IMG/VR virus record: IMGVR_UViG_3300026512_000003
Location: 64,001 to 128,000 of that record
Source of the DNA: a virus
Direction: 5' to 3' (one strand)
Length of the DNA stretch: 64,000 nt
How positions within the stretch are numbered: the first letter of the stretch is position 1; each line of letters opens with the position of its first letter. Shown one piece after another: positions 28,021-37,301 of this stretch. Position numbers and translations under genes: made by a program. The notes under the pieces were generated by a model, which was not told the DNA's origin, did no database searches, and saw nothing but the letters and a program-made list of their open reading frames with translations.

Positions 28021-29274
28021 TTACCTATACACGATTTGTTCGTATCCTTCTGGCGAAATACCAATAAGTGCACTCGCATAACCTTTATCTATCATATCCA
28101 TATACTTTGGATTTGGCTCTCCTCTTGACATAGAAAGCCATCCAGTATTCCCTGTTGTTGTCGAGTTTCCATCAGGGAAAACAATCTTATACTCAGGATA
28201 TTCCCTCTGTCTGAGATTTTTTCTTTGAGCCTTTCTTAGTTCTTTGTCAGCCGCTGTTTTTAAAAGATAAGTTCTCGTGCTTAACTTACTTAGTGTTTCA
28301 TTTGAGTACATTTCTAAAGATGCTTCTTTAAGAAAAGGGCACTCTTGAGCAGAGAGAGCTTGATCTAATAACATAGTAATAATAGTATCTTTTCTCGCTT
28401 CTGATTTAAGTTTAGGAAATTCGGAATGATGAATACTACTTGCAAGAAACATTGCCTCTTCAGGGAGAAGTTGAATATTATGAGATCTAACAAGCTTTAT
28501 TATTGTTTTTTTAGGAAATCTATCTCTAAAAGTAGATAATTCCTTAGGACTAACAGCTTCAGGCATAGTGTCTATTGCTTCAATCCTTTTAATAAGCTCC
28601 GCTGTTTTGCTTTCCAATAGATTTTCAGCACTAGCAACCTTCTGAAACAAAGCATGCCCTTGAGCATCAGCCGGTCTTCTTACTATAGATATGTCAAAAA
28701 AATTCATAGGGGGCTTATTTATTGCATAGACTATTTGTCCATTTGGCATTTGCTGGTGCATCATAAACTTTAAATGGTCGCATCTGTTTGCTATAGACCC
28801 CTTAGTTATGGCTCCACAAAAAGAACAAATTTCTTGGGGTACTCGCACGCCCATGGACACCTTATATCGCATTCCACTTTTAATCCCTTCGTATATGTCA
28901 GGCGCTTTGTTTTTTGAAATTTCCAAAATGAGTTCTACTCTATGCATATGAGAGTTATAAATAGCTTTAAGTACCTTACCTAGTGTTTTACTTGGGTCTT
29001 TATTGTCATGTTGCATAAAGATACCAGCAGTTTCAAATGTTTTATAATATTCTTGAAGGTCTTTTTCATAAAAGAAATCACCATTATTGTTTTCTCCGTA
29101 GTAATCACCTGCACCCATTGCAATAACAAGCAAATAGGCATGGTCTTTTTTCTGTTTTATTTCCTCAAGGGGGTTGCTTTCTGCAGTTTTTTGAAGAGGA
29201 CAGTTTCCCCCAAAACAACTAGCATGTCCTATTTCTATATTCTCTATTGTGAAGTCTATTCTTTTTTCTAACAT
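28021..29274 (-). CDS. Prohead (maturation) protease, HK97/assemblin-type, with Zn-finger insert
   Basis: NNNGDFF, His89 (MQHD), Ser140 (VSMG), CSFC..C.H, FFDISIVRRPAD matching the EvSlV..PA motif. Confidence 0.75.
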   Translation of the reverse strand: MLEKRIDFTIENIEIGHASCFGGNCPLQKTAESNPLEEIKQKKDHAYLLVIAMGAGDYYGENNNGDFFYEKDLQEYYKTFETAGIFMQHDNKDPSKTLGKVLKAIYNSHMHRVELILEISKNKAPDIYEGIKSGMRYKVSMGVRVPQEICSFCGAITKGSIANRCDHLKFMMHQQMPNGQIVYAINKPPMNFFDISIVRRPADAQGHALFQKVASAENLLESKTAELIKRIEAIDTMPEAVSPKELSTFRDRFPKKTIIKLVRSHNIQLLPEEAMFLASSIHHSEFPKLKSEARKDTIITMLLDQALSAQECPFLKEASLEMYSNETLSKLSTRTYLLKTAADKELRKAQRKNLRQREYPEYKIVFPDGNSTTTGNTGWLSMSRGEPNPKYMDMIDKGYASALIGISPEGYEQIVYR

Positions 29275-29282
29275 ATTTTTCC

Positions 29283-29495
29283 CTAATAAATAATCTGTGC
29301 GTTTGTTTCTAAGTCTCTTATAATCTGAGTAACTCTATTGAAAGATATTTTTGACTCTGAAAAACAGTTGTCGTCAATATTAACTTCAATAGAATTGCTA
29401 CTAGTTCTAGTAACATGATGTGTAACTTTTTTTATTTCTCTTAAAAGAGAATCAGAGATTTTCTCTGACTCACCTAATTTTACCACAATTATCAT
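29283..29495 (-). CDS. Hypothetical protein
   Basis: 70 aa, ATGA coupling. Confidence 0.45.
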   Translation of the reverse strand: MIIVVKLGESEKISDSLLREIKKVTHHVTRTSSNSIEVNIDDNCFSESKISFNRVTQIIRDLETNAQIIY

Positions 29496-30679
29496 GATGT
29501 TGCGCTGTCCCAGTTCATTTCTATGTCATTGTCTAAAACAAGAATAGAGAAAGTATTAGGTTCATATATTTTAAGCTCTTCGTTATAAGAACATAATGGG
29601 AGATCATTTTGACTTTCTAATTCTGTCATATAATCTGGAGTGTATACAAAATTACATTCTCTTCCAGAAAATTTATCAACTCCAGAAATAAAAGATACAG
29701 GATAATCAACACCTGAAGCTTCTTTTAGCATAGGAATAAGAGTGTTGCCTACTGTGGCTATTTTTCCATCTTCAGTAGCTGGGATATTTAAAAATGCAAG
29801 ATTCCATTGATTCTTAAGAAGTTTAAGAGCACCTTTTTCAATTTGAGAGTTGACATGAGAAATGACAAGTTTTTTGTCCTCTTCTGAATAAGCATCACCT
29901 GTAAGTTGTATCACGACACCTGATACACTACTAGTAAGGTCAAATTTGATACCAGTCATATCTCTAACAGAACTAAGTAGTGTAATAGGTATAGAAAGAG
30001 AATATTCTATAGAACTAACCTTTGAAACAATTTGGTAATTAGAAGAATAAACAGTGCTTTTTAAATCAACATTTGGAAGTGAATCTTTTTCTACAAGGAA
30101 CGAGAGAGCCTCTACTGTGATTCCTTGGAGAATAGATGTGCGTAGTAGAAAGTCTTTTGTTGATAGTTTACTTTTAATGAAAATTGGGTTGTCTTCTATG
30201 GAAATTTTCGTCGCATAGTAGGGTTTGGCTTGAAAAACATTCATTGTTGTTCTTAAAGGAAAAGAGAAATCAAGGTTAGAGATGTCTGCTTTTAAAGAAA
30301 ATGAGAAATCAAGGTTATTGATGTCTGTTTTGGTGCAAATGTTTGTATTTAAAAGCACCTCAGGTAAATCTATTTCTATAATTTCATTTTTAGAACTAAC
30401 TATAGTTTGTTTTACAGTACCGTCTATAATCTCATTTTTAGAACTAACTATAGTTTGTTTTACAGTACCGTCTATAATCTCGCCATATATATTTTGAGTA
30501 GCAATAGAATTTTCAAAAACAGTTCCGCTAATGTGTTGTTGCATCTCGGTAACTTCATTAGATATAACATTGGAATTTACAGAAAAGCTTAAATCATTCT
30601 CAAAAACTGTGAACATTGCAGGATAATTAGGGGTACAAACCCCCATTCTACTTTGCATAAAAGGTAGGTTTGTAATCAT
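29492..30679 (-). CDS. Structural hypothetical protein with internal tandem duplications
   Basis: 395 aa; IIDGTVKQTIVSSKNE x2; NLDFSF x2. Confidence 0.55.
   Translation of the reverse strand: MITNLPFMQSRMGVCTPNYPAMFTVFENDLSFSVNSNVISNEVTEMQQHISGTVFENSIATQNIYGEIIDGTVKQTIVSSKNEIIDGTVKQTIVSSKNEIIEIDLPEVLLNTNICTKTDINNLDFSFSLKADISNLDFSFPLRTTMNVFQAKPYYATKISIEDNPIFIKSKLSTKDFLLRTSILQGITVEALSFLVEKDSLPNVDLKSTVYSSNYQIVSKVSSIEYSLSIPITLLSSVRDMTGIKFDLTSSVSGVVIQLTGDAYSEEDKKLVISHVNSQIEKGALKLLKNQWNLAFLNIPATEDGKIATVGNTLIPMLKEASGVDYPVSFISGVDKFSGRECNFVYTPDYMTELESQNDLPLCSYNEELKIYEPNTFSILVLDNDIEMNWDSATS
30384..30479. repeat. Perfect 48-bp tandem duplication (in-frame, 16 aa)
   Basis: TCATTTTTAGAACTAACTATAGTTTGTTTTACAGTACCGTCTATAATC twice. 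Confidence 0.9.
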
Positions 30680-30688
30680 TTTATACTC

Positions 30689-32587
30689 CTATAGAGCGTT
30701 TACTGAAAAATCGTATTTCAACCAGTTTTCGCCATCTGTAAAAACAAATCTGTCTTCACCACTTACTTTACAAAGAATAATATCTTGAGCAAATCTTAGA
30801 TCTGTTATTTCAGCAGAGATATCAACAATTGTTGCATCAATTTTAACTTCTTTAAGCTCAGAAGCATCTGTTAATACAATCAATCTATCTCTTAAAACAA
30901 ATATGTCTGTAGCAACTATATCAGATGTTGTAGTATATTCTTCAAGACCATCTTTTGTTACTTTCTGAATTTTACCATCAGTATCTAATGCAAGCATAAT
31001 ACCATTGAAAATGACAGCTTTTGAGAGAGCATCTTTGTTCTCAGCCAACTTGCCTACAATTGCTTGTTTATCTTCACCTAGATTTCCAATAAAATAGAAA
31101 TTCGCAGAAGTTCTGATAATTATCGCATTTTCCGTAACAGAAACTGATTGTATTTCTTCTTCACCAATATTTATGTCAGTAACAAATTTTGAAGAAATTA
31201 CTTTCCCTTCTTCTGTTATCCCAACAACATGTCCAACAACATCTCTTAAAAATTGATAACTATAGTCAGTAAATTTAGTGTATAAATTTAAACTATTAGC
31301 GTCTTCAACAACAATTTGTGCAAAAAGATCGAGAGCTAAAGCTGAACCATTGTTTAAAACAACAGGAGCAGAGAATACTCTTTCATCGAGATTATTTTTC
31401 GAAACGCTACCAACTTTTGTCTCAGAAAAATCGCTTAAACTAACAAGAAGTTGTTTTAAAGCAAGATTGTCATCAGCATAATCAACAGTTAATGTTCCAT
31501 CTTTTAAGAGAGCACTGTATTTTTGAGTCACTGACATTTTTGCTAATATTGCTTCTTTGAATGGAACTTGAAGACTAGATGTAAAATTAGCTTTACCAAA
31601 AAATCTAACCAAATCTCTATTTCTTACAAAAGCATTTCTTACATCAACAAGAGAATCATCAAAAAAGATATTAGAAACTGTGACAACAGAATCGAGGCCA
31701 AGTTCTTTGGAAGCAATTACTCCAAAATTTTCATCATTATTAATAATGTGAGTAAACATTTTAGAATCTTCTACAGAAATCATAGCTTTTACAGATAATA
31801 CTGCTGAAAGATATCCTTCATCCTCATCTAAAGTGGTTATAGTATCATCATTTTCTGCAATTTCATCAAGATTAAGACTACTAAAAATAAACATCATTCT
31901 AGATTGTACACCGAATATAGAAGATTGTTCTATTTCTGCAGCTTCTGAAACTTCCAAAATTGTTGTCATTGCAGGTGTGTCTTCAGCCAAAAATTTAAGG
32001 TCTTTGTATCTAGTAAAATCTAAACCTGCCTTGTTTGCTACAATTTTAACATAAGCTTTTTCTGCTGTTTGTATAGCGTGAGTATAGTCATCAGGATATG
32101 TTGTAGCAATATGATCTGTAAGGTCAGTATCTGTAAGCAATTTATCCCAAAAACTACCATTGTTAAAAAGAGCTTTTTTAAAGTTACTATCATTTGAGTT
32201 GAAAATAATGTCTAGTACATCAGCTGTAAAAAATAAAGCTGAAAAAGTTTCATCTTCAAAAAGTCCTTCAGCAAATCCATCAACATTAAATGCTATTAGT
32301 TTGCCATCAACAAAGATATTCCCACCACTTTCTGTAACTTCTTTTCCATCTGCGGTTTCATAATCTTTATAGCCTTGTTTTAAAACATCTTTTAGGCTGT
32401 CAAAACTGTCTTCTGACAGTTTAAAATTAAGTAAAGACTGTAATTTTTTTCTAAGAGCTACTGAAGAAACAATATTTTTCAGCGCATCCAAGGTTAAATC
32501 ATTATCGTAGATACTTGTTAGTATACTCACATCAGGAAGCTCCTGAATAATATTAGAATCTGTTATTTGTGTTGTAAAGTTTGCCAT
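30689..32587 (-). CDS. Acidic structural protein; helical N-terminus, beta-propeller-like C-terminus
   Basis: 632 aa; C-terminal blades such as HVVGITEEGKV, MLALDTDGKI. Confidence 0.5.
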   Translation of the reverse strand: MANFTTQITDSNIIQELPDVSILTSIYDNDLTLDALKNIVSSVALRKKLQSLLNFKLSEDSFDSLKDVLKQGYKDYETADGKEVTESGGNIFVDGKLIAFNVDGFAEGLFEDETFSALFFTADVLDIIFNSNDSNFKKALFNNGSFWDKLLTDTDLTDHIATTYPDDYTHAIQTAEKAYVKIVANKAGLDFTRYKDLKFLAEDTPAMTTILEVSEAAEIEQSSIFGVQSRMMFIFSSLNLDEIAENDDTITTLDEDEGYLSAVLSVKAMISVEDSKMFTHIINNDENFGVIASKELGLDSVVTVSNIFFDDSLVDVRNAFVRNRDLVRFFGKANFTSSLQVPFKEAILAKMSVTQKYSALLKDGTLTVDYADDNLALKQLLVSLSDFSETKVGSVSKNNLDERVFSAPVVLNNGSALALDLFAQIVVEDANSLNLYTKFTDYSYQFLRDVVGHVVGITEEGKVISSKFVTDINIGEEEIQSVSVTENAIIIRTSANFYFIGNLGEDKQAIVGKLAENKDALSKAVIFNGIMLALDTDGKIQKVTKDGLEEYTTTSDIVATDIFVLRDRLIVLTDASELKEVKIDATIVDISAEITDLRFAQDIILCKVSGEDRFVFTDGENWLKYDFSVNAL

Positions 32588-32605
32588 TTGTATTCTCCTT
32601 TGTTA

Positions 32606-32893
32606 TTAAGCGTCTTCACCAGTAGATAATACCCACTTAGTTCCATTATACCATATAGGTTTGTTTAGGTCTGTATCAAAATATGAAAAACCACTTGCCT
32701 CAGTTAAATCAGGTCTATTCGCTGAAGGTCCAGCAAAATAAGAGCCTGCTTGTTTAATTACTACTGCATCAGATGTTTCATCTGTAAAGTATTTTATTGT
32801 CTTGTCGTTAAGGTCTGTTATTTGACAAGGGTATAATAACCCACTTCTATCAAAATCACTACCTTGACCAACTGGTATTGTATAAAAAGTCAT
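32606..32893 (-). CDS. Small fibre/spike-associated protein
   Basis: GPSANRP...GFSYFDTDLNKPIWYNGTKW, a module common in tail fibres/spikes. Confidence 0.6.
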   Translation of the reverse strand: MTFYTIPVGQGSDFDRSGLLYPCQITDLNDKTIKYFTDETSDAVVIKQAGSYFAGPSANRPDLTEASGFSYFDTDLNKPIWYNGTKWVLSTGEDA

Positions 32894-32906
32894 CTATTCT
32901 CCTTTG

Positions 32907-33512
32907 TTATCCAGAAAAGACTTCAAAGTCTTCCTGTCCAATGTTTGAAATTTGTCCACCTAAACTAGCAAGTGATTGTAGTGTAGATTGAAAGCCATCG
33001 TGTACTTTGTCTATTACATCATTTAAATTAATATCCGTCACTCTATATTGAACTCCTTTTGTAGCAATGTTTAAACTAGGATTTGAAAAATAAAGTGCAT
33101 ATGAACCTGTAAGGTTATGTGTCATCTCTATTTTATAAATACCTGTATTTCCAACTTGAGTTAGTTGGGTATCAACTTCTATTCCTTGTCTTAAAGGGAA
33201 TTTCAATACTATGCCATCTTCATTAATTTCATAAATGAAATACATTTCTCCATTTGTATCAGTAAAAACCATTCCACTTTCTAAATTACTATTGCTAATT
33301 GGGATATTCTTACTTCCTTTTGCAACAGATGTAGCAACTGTAGCAGATTTTGGCTCAGCTATCTCTTCCATTACCTCTGAAACAGGAGTATCTATTAGTT
33401 GCACTTCAGAAGTGCTCAAATTTAGCATTTTAGTTACAAAACCATCTGCTCCAAAGTGTTTTTGATGACTATTTAGTTCAACAAAAAATGTCTCACCTAC
33501 TCTCTTATCCAT
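32907..33512 (-). CDS. Structural hypothetical protein
   Basis: 201 aa, RBS AAGGAG. Confidence 0.5.
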   Translation of the reverse strand: MDKRVGETFFVELNSHQKHFGADGFVTKMLNLSTSEVQLIDTPVSEVMEEIAEPKSATVATSVAKGSKNIPISNSNLESGMVFTDTNGEMYFIYEINEDGIVLKFPLRQGIEVDTQLTQVGNTGIYKIEMTHNLTGSYALYFSNPSLNIATKGVQYRVTDINLNDVIDKVHDGFQSTLQSLASLGGQISNIGQEDFEVFSG

Positions 33513-33522
33513 AAATTACTCC

Positions 33523-33972
33523 TTAACTTGTTGTTATTGACCATTCTTCACTAGATGAAACACCATCTAATCCAGAAAGATCTATATCTGAAGATACTGC
33601 ACCTACAGAAGATGCACTTACTATATCAACTAGGTTCGATACAGACATCATAATAGTAACTTTATAATCACCTAATGTGTCAACTATTGGGTCTTCTCCA
33701 TTACTAGAAAAAAGATTTCCATTAATAATAAGTCTGTGATCACCTTCGAAAGGACGAATTTTCCATCCATTTTCAAGGAAATAAGTAACACCTAGATTTT
33801 TTAAAGGTAACTTATTTCCACCAACAGTAGACATCGCTTGAAGATATTTAGCGTTGTCTTCTCTTCTAACCCATTTTTTCCACTCGATATAAAGATCTGT
33901 TTGTAAATCAAGAAATGTTTCTCCTGGATTAACCACAATTAACTTCTGAGCTCCTTCAAAAGAAATTTTCAT
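33523..33972 (-). CDS. Phage structural protein
   Basis: DLYIEWKKW...VGG...YFLENGWKIRP...INGNLF motif pattern typical of phage tail-associated proteins. Confidence 0.55.
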   Translation of the reverse strand: MKISFEGAQKLIVVNPGETFLDLQTDLYIEWKKWVRREDNAKYLQAMSTVGGNKLPLKNLGVTYFLENGWKIRPFEGDHRLIINGNLFSSNGEDPIVDTLGDYKVTIMMSVSNLVDIVSASSVGAVSSDIDLSGLDGVSSSEEWSITTS

Positions 33973-34274
33973 GACAACACTCCTACTTGTAAACTTTCTT
34001 TATTTTCAAGTGACATTATATCATCTATAATTGTAATATCAGCTGTCTGAATAACTTCTGGCAAACCTGAACTATTAATACATAAACCCACTTCGTTAAT
34101 CAATGGAATTCTTGCTCCATCAACAACATTAAATTTTTGAATAACAGAGCCTGTTTTGTTTTTAACGATAACCCCATCCGTAGAAGGAATTGCTTCCCCT
34201 CCGATAAGGTCTTTAATACATTGTACTTCTACGATAAGATGAGCTAACATTTTTTTAGTACTAGTCAATTCCAT
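33969..34274 (-). CDS. Hypothetical protein
   Basis: 101 aa, RBS AAGGAG. Confidence 0.5.
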   Translation of the reverse strand: MELTSTKKMLAHLIVEVQCIKDLIGGEAIPSTDGVIVKNKTGSVIQKFNVVDGARIPLINEVGLCINSSGLPEVIQTADITIIDDIMSLENKESLQVGVLS

Positions 34275-34286
34275 ATTCTCTCCTTT

Positions 34287-36497
34287 TTATAATTTAATTA
34301 CACCATGGTCTGGCTCAGCTAATAAAGAAAAAATATTTATTTGTCCTCTATCAAAAACCTGAGAAAACACTTTGTTTTTAGCAATATTTGAACCTGCAAA
34401 GACCAAAGTCATTTCTATTGGTTGATTAGGTTCTCTTCCATTACTAGTATCTCCAGCAAAATCATATGTAAATTTGATAAAGTCTCTACCTGATATTTTC
34501 CCTGAGATACTGTTTCCGTCCGCATCTTTTACCAATACTGCATCGTCTGTTCCATATCCATCTGTATAAAAAAGTGAGTATCTAGCATCAATATCCATAG
34601 AAGCAATTTCATTAAAATTTATAACCCCATGTTCCACATCTAATGGATAGATCACCTGAGAATCGTTAGTAGCTATAGACACTGTTTTTACTTTTGCAGA
34701 ATCCGAATTTTCTAAAAGAGTGACTCTTACTTTCATAAGAAATCCGACATTAGTGTCGATGACTTCTGAAGAGAGGTTTTCTCCAGTTAATGTTTTGAAA
34801 TCTGAATATTCTCCATTTGTTTCAATCGAATATTCTAAAGAAAGGTTAGATAGATCCTGACCATCTATCTCAGGGTCTTCATCGGTGAAAGTAACACCTT
34901 TTATCCTATAAGGAGTATTCACAATAATTGTGTCTCCTTTTGATGACAATCTAGCAGAACCTGCATTGTCAAATTTTACCGTTTCCGAAAACATATCTAG
35001 AAAAAAACCACTGTCTATACTTGGATCGTCTTGTCTCATAGCAAAAATGAGTTTACCAGTATTGTCTGGACCATATTGTTGTGCAAAGTTGCTTCCAATA
35101 CTATTAGGCTTATCTAGTTCAAAGTTAGAGATACCTACCCCTTTGATATGAACATTAGGGGCTTCAACTTTCAAAATCTTATCAGAAGGTGTTGTTATAT
35201 TTTGAAGGAGAATACCATTGTTTTTATTTGGAACTAAGAAAGGTTCATCTTTTTTACAACCTTCAAAGTAAAGTTCGGAAATTCTACTTCCAAAACTAAC
35301 ATTACAAGCAATAACATTATTTGCATTTGAACTATTTATTACTGTTTTTACAATATCTATTTTTGGTGAGTTTAGTAGATTTATATAACTCAACGCCGCT
35401 CCACCATTTTCTAATATAGTAGTTTCGCGGAAAACTATTGAATTTGAGCTTTCTATCATTATGTTGTATGTTCCAACAGAAGAATCCTCAACCTTTAAAG
35501 TATTGTCAATAAGAGTAGTTTTTTCAAATCTGCTTTGAGATGAGTCTTTTACTGAAAATGAACCTCCCACAGAAAGAGTATTTGTAGCTTTAATATTAGA
35601 GCTTGCAAGGATCGAAACAGGATGATCGGATGAGCTATTTCTTTTAGCAACAATTCCATATACTTTATTTAAAGTTACTCTTTTTGAATAGTTCACAGAT
35701 AGACCTGTAGATGCAACAGAACAAGCAGTAACATTATCTAAGGTAACATTTGAACTATAAGCAACCATTACCCCTGAGCTAGAGTCGCTTCTAAAAGTTC
35801 CATGCGTGTCTAGGATAGTGGCATCAGTTAAGTATCTAAGATAAACAGCTCCTGGAAGAGAAACATGATTCATATTTAAAGCACCCATTCCATCAAAGCC
35901 CATATCAAAATCACAAAAAGACATATTTTTTAAAGATAAAGTTCCACCTTCGTAATCAATAAATTTTGCTGCTTTTGTTGATGAAAAAGGATCTTCAGTA
36001 GATAAAACTATATTAGGTATAACAATATTACAATTTGCATCAGGAACGCAAGAGTTGCCATCTGTGTCAGAAAAAGAGATAACACCATCAACCCATTTAA
36101 ATACTCTTCCTAACTTTTTATCATCAGGGAAAGAATCAAAATCAAGTTTACTAACATCAGGCATGTTTATGCAGTACCATGGGTGATAGTCATTTTCTCC
36201 TGAAGTTTCTTCTATCCAAATAATTCCGGAAGGATGAGTGTCTTGCCAATCATTTATAGTTTGCCCTCTTGTCCCATCAGTAGAACCTAGAGAAATAAGT
36301 TTTCCTTCAATATTTAATGTACCATATGATTTAACATCCACGGTAGCACTACTATCAAAGACAAATAACCATCCATCTTCTGTTTCGTTTTTAATATCAA
36401 GAGTACCATCAAGCACTCTAATTTTAGAAATCTGCTCACTTGGTTGCGAATCTACAACAACACTGTCTCCATTTTCTACAACATATTCTATTGACAT
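34287..36497 (-). CDS. Right-handed parallel beta-helix protein (tailspike/depolymerase-like)
   Basis: Periodic repeats SSNVTLDNV, SKRVTLNKV, SSNIKATNT, SNSIVFRET in the central region. Confidence 0.65.
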   Translation of the reverse strand: MSIEYVVENGDSVVVDSQPSEQISKIRVLDGTLDIKNETEDGWLFVFDSSATVDVKSYGTLNIEGKLISLGSTDGTRGQTINDWQDTHPSGIIWIEETSGENDYHPWYCINMPDVSKLDFDSFPDDKKLGRVFKWVDGVISFSDTDGNSCVPDANCNIVIPNIVLSTEDPFSSTKAAKFIDYEGGTLSLKNMSFCDFDMGFDGMGALNMNHVSLPGAVYLRYLTDATILDTHGTFRSDSSSGVMVAYSSNVTLDNVTACSVASTGLSVNYSKRVTLNKVYGIVAKRNSSSDHPVSILASSNIKATNTLSVGGSFSVKDSSQSRFEKTTLIDNTLKVEDSSVGTYNIMIESSNSIVFRETTILENGGAALSYINLLNSPKIDIVKTVINSSNANNVIACNVSFGSRISELYFEGCKKDEPFLVPNKNNGILLQNITTPSDKILKVEAPNVHIKGVGISNFELDKPNSIGSNFAQQYGPDNTGKLIFAMRQDDPSIDSGFFLDMFSETVKFDNAGSARLSSKGDTIIVNTPYRIKGVTFTDEDPEIDGQDLSNLSLEYSIETNGEYSDFKTLTGENLSSEVIDTNVGFLMKVRVTLLENSDSAKVKTVSIATNDSQVIYPLDVEHGVINFNEIASMDIDARYSLFYTDGYGTDDAVLVKDADGNSISGKISGRDFIKFTYDFAGDTSNGREPNQPIEMTLVFAGSNIAKNKVFSQVFDRGQINIFSLLAEPDHGVIKL

Positions 36498-36507
36498 CTA
36501 TTTTCTC

Positions 36508-36909
36508 CTAATTGTTTTTTTTATTTACTAGGCTACCAAGATTGTAATTAATTCCAGAAGAAAGTAAACCTTGTGCTGCTCCAGCAACAGTATTGGGGAC
36601 TGCTTTTTTAGTTCCATTTTGAAGAATACCTTTTTCTAATCCACCTATGGCACCACCAGCTAGACTACCATAAAAAGTATCCTTTAGCGTGTCGACACCA
36701 GTGTCTTTAGAAATAGCCCCACTTACAGCAGTAGAACCACCAGCTAGTCCAGATAAGCCATGTTTATATTTGTGTCCCTGTATTAGTCCAAGCATATTTT
36801 GCGACACTTGACCTTTTCTTCCAAAAGATGCTTGAACAAACCCTTGTTCAGCACCTCGCAAAAAAGCATTTTTGTGCTGTTTTTTTTTAGATTCTTTCTT
36901 GTGAGACAC
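36508..36909 (-). CDS. Basic glycine-zipper protein (putative ejection/membrane-active)
   Basis: GLSGLAGG, GSLAGGAIGGL, AGAAQGLLSSG; K-rich termini; GTG start after AGGAG. Confidence 0.55.
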   Translation of the reverse strand: MSHKKESKKKQHKNAFLRGAEQGFVQASFGRKGQVSQNMLGLIQGHKYKHGLSGLAGGSTAVSGAISKDTGVDTLKDTFYGSLAGGAIGGLEKGILQNGTKKAVPNTVAGAAQGLLSSGINYNLGSLVNKKNN

Positions 36910-36938
36910 TTTTTCTCCTACAGTACTTTTGCAAAGAA

Positions 36939-36971
36939 AGTATAGCTAAAATATACAAAAAAAGCTATAAT
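36939..36971. promoter_or_regulatory. Divergent -10 elements at the strand switch
   Basis: Minus strand GCTATACT (TATACT 36939-36944); plus strand GCTATAAT (TATAAT 36966-36971). Confidence 0.5.
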
Positions 36972-36998
36972 ACTAAAATAACTTTATGGAGAAATTTT

Positions 36999-37301
36999 AT
37001 GTCTACTTATCATAACACAAAAGAATATAGGGTTTTTAGAGCCTTAGTTATACGGAGAGATAAGATTTGCCAAATTTGCAAAAGTAGAAAAAATAGGCAA
37101 GTTCATCACAAGAACAGTGCTAGTTATTTTAAAAAGGAGCGTTATAATGTTGAAAACGGTGTTTGCCTTTGTAAAGGCTGTCATACTCAATTTCACACAA
37201 ATTTCAAAAGGTCGTTCAGAGAAAAATGCACAGAGTACGATTTCAGGAATTTCGAAGAATTATCCAAATATCTCATCTCAAAAGGATCAGAGAAGCACTA
37301 A
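36999..37301 (+). CDS. HNH endonuclease
   Basis: RD..CQIC, QVHHKN, NGVCLCKGCHTQFH. Confidence 0.88.
   Translation: MSTYHNTKEYRVFRALVIRRDKICQICKSRKNRQVHHKNSASYFKKERYNVENGVCLCKGCHTQFHTNFKRSFREKCTEYDFRNFEELSKYLISKGSEKH

Noticed and set aside
19701-36497. Diversity-generating retroelement targeting the RCC1/fibre genes
   Set aside because: No reverse transcriptase and no TR/VR pair with adenine-specific mismatches seen
374-36531. Numerous short plus-strand ORFs in the left arm (and minus-strand ORFs in the right arm other than HU)
   Set aside because: Fully nested antisense to longer genes, lacking RBSs and recognisable motifs
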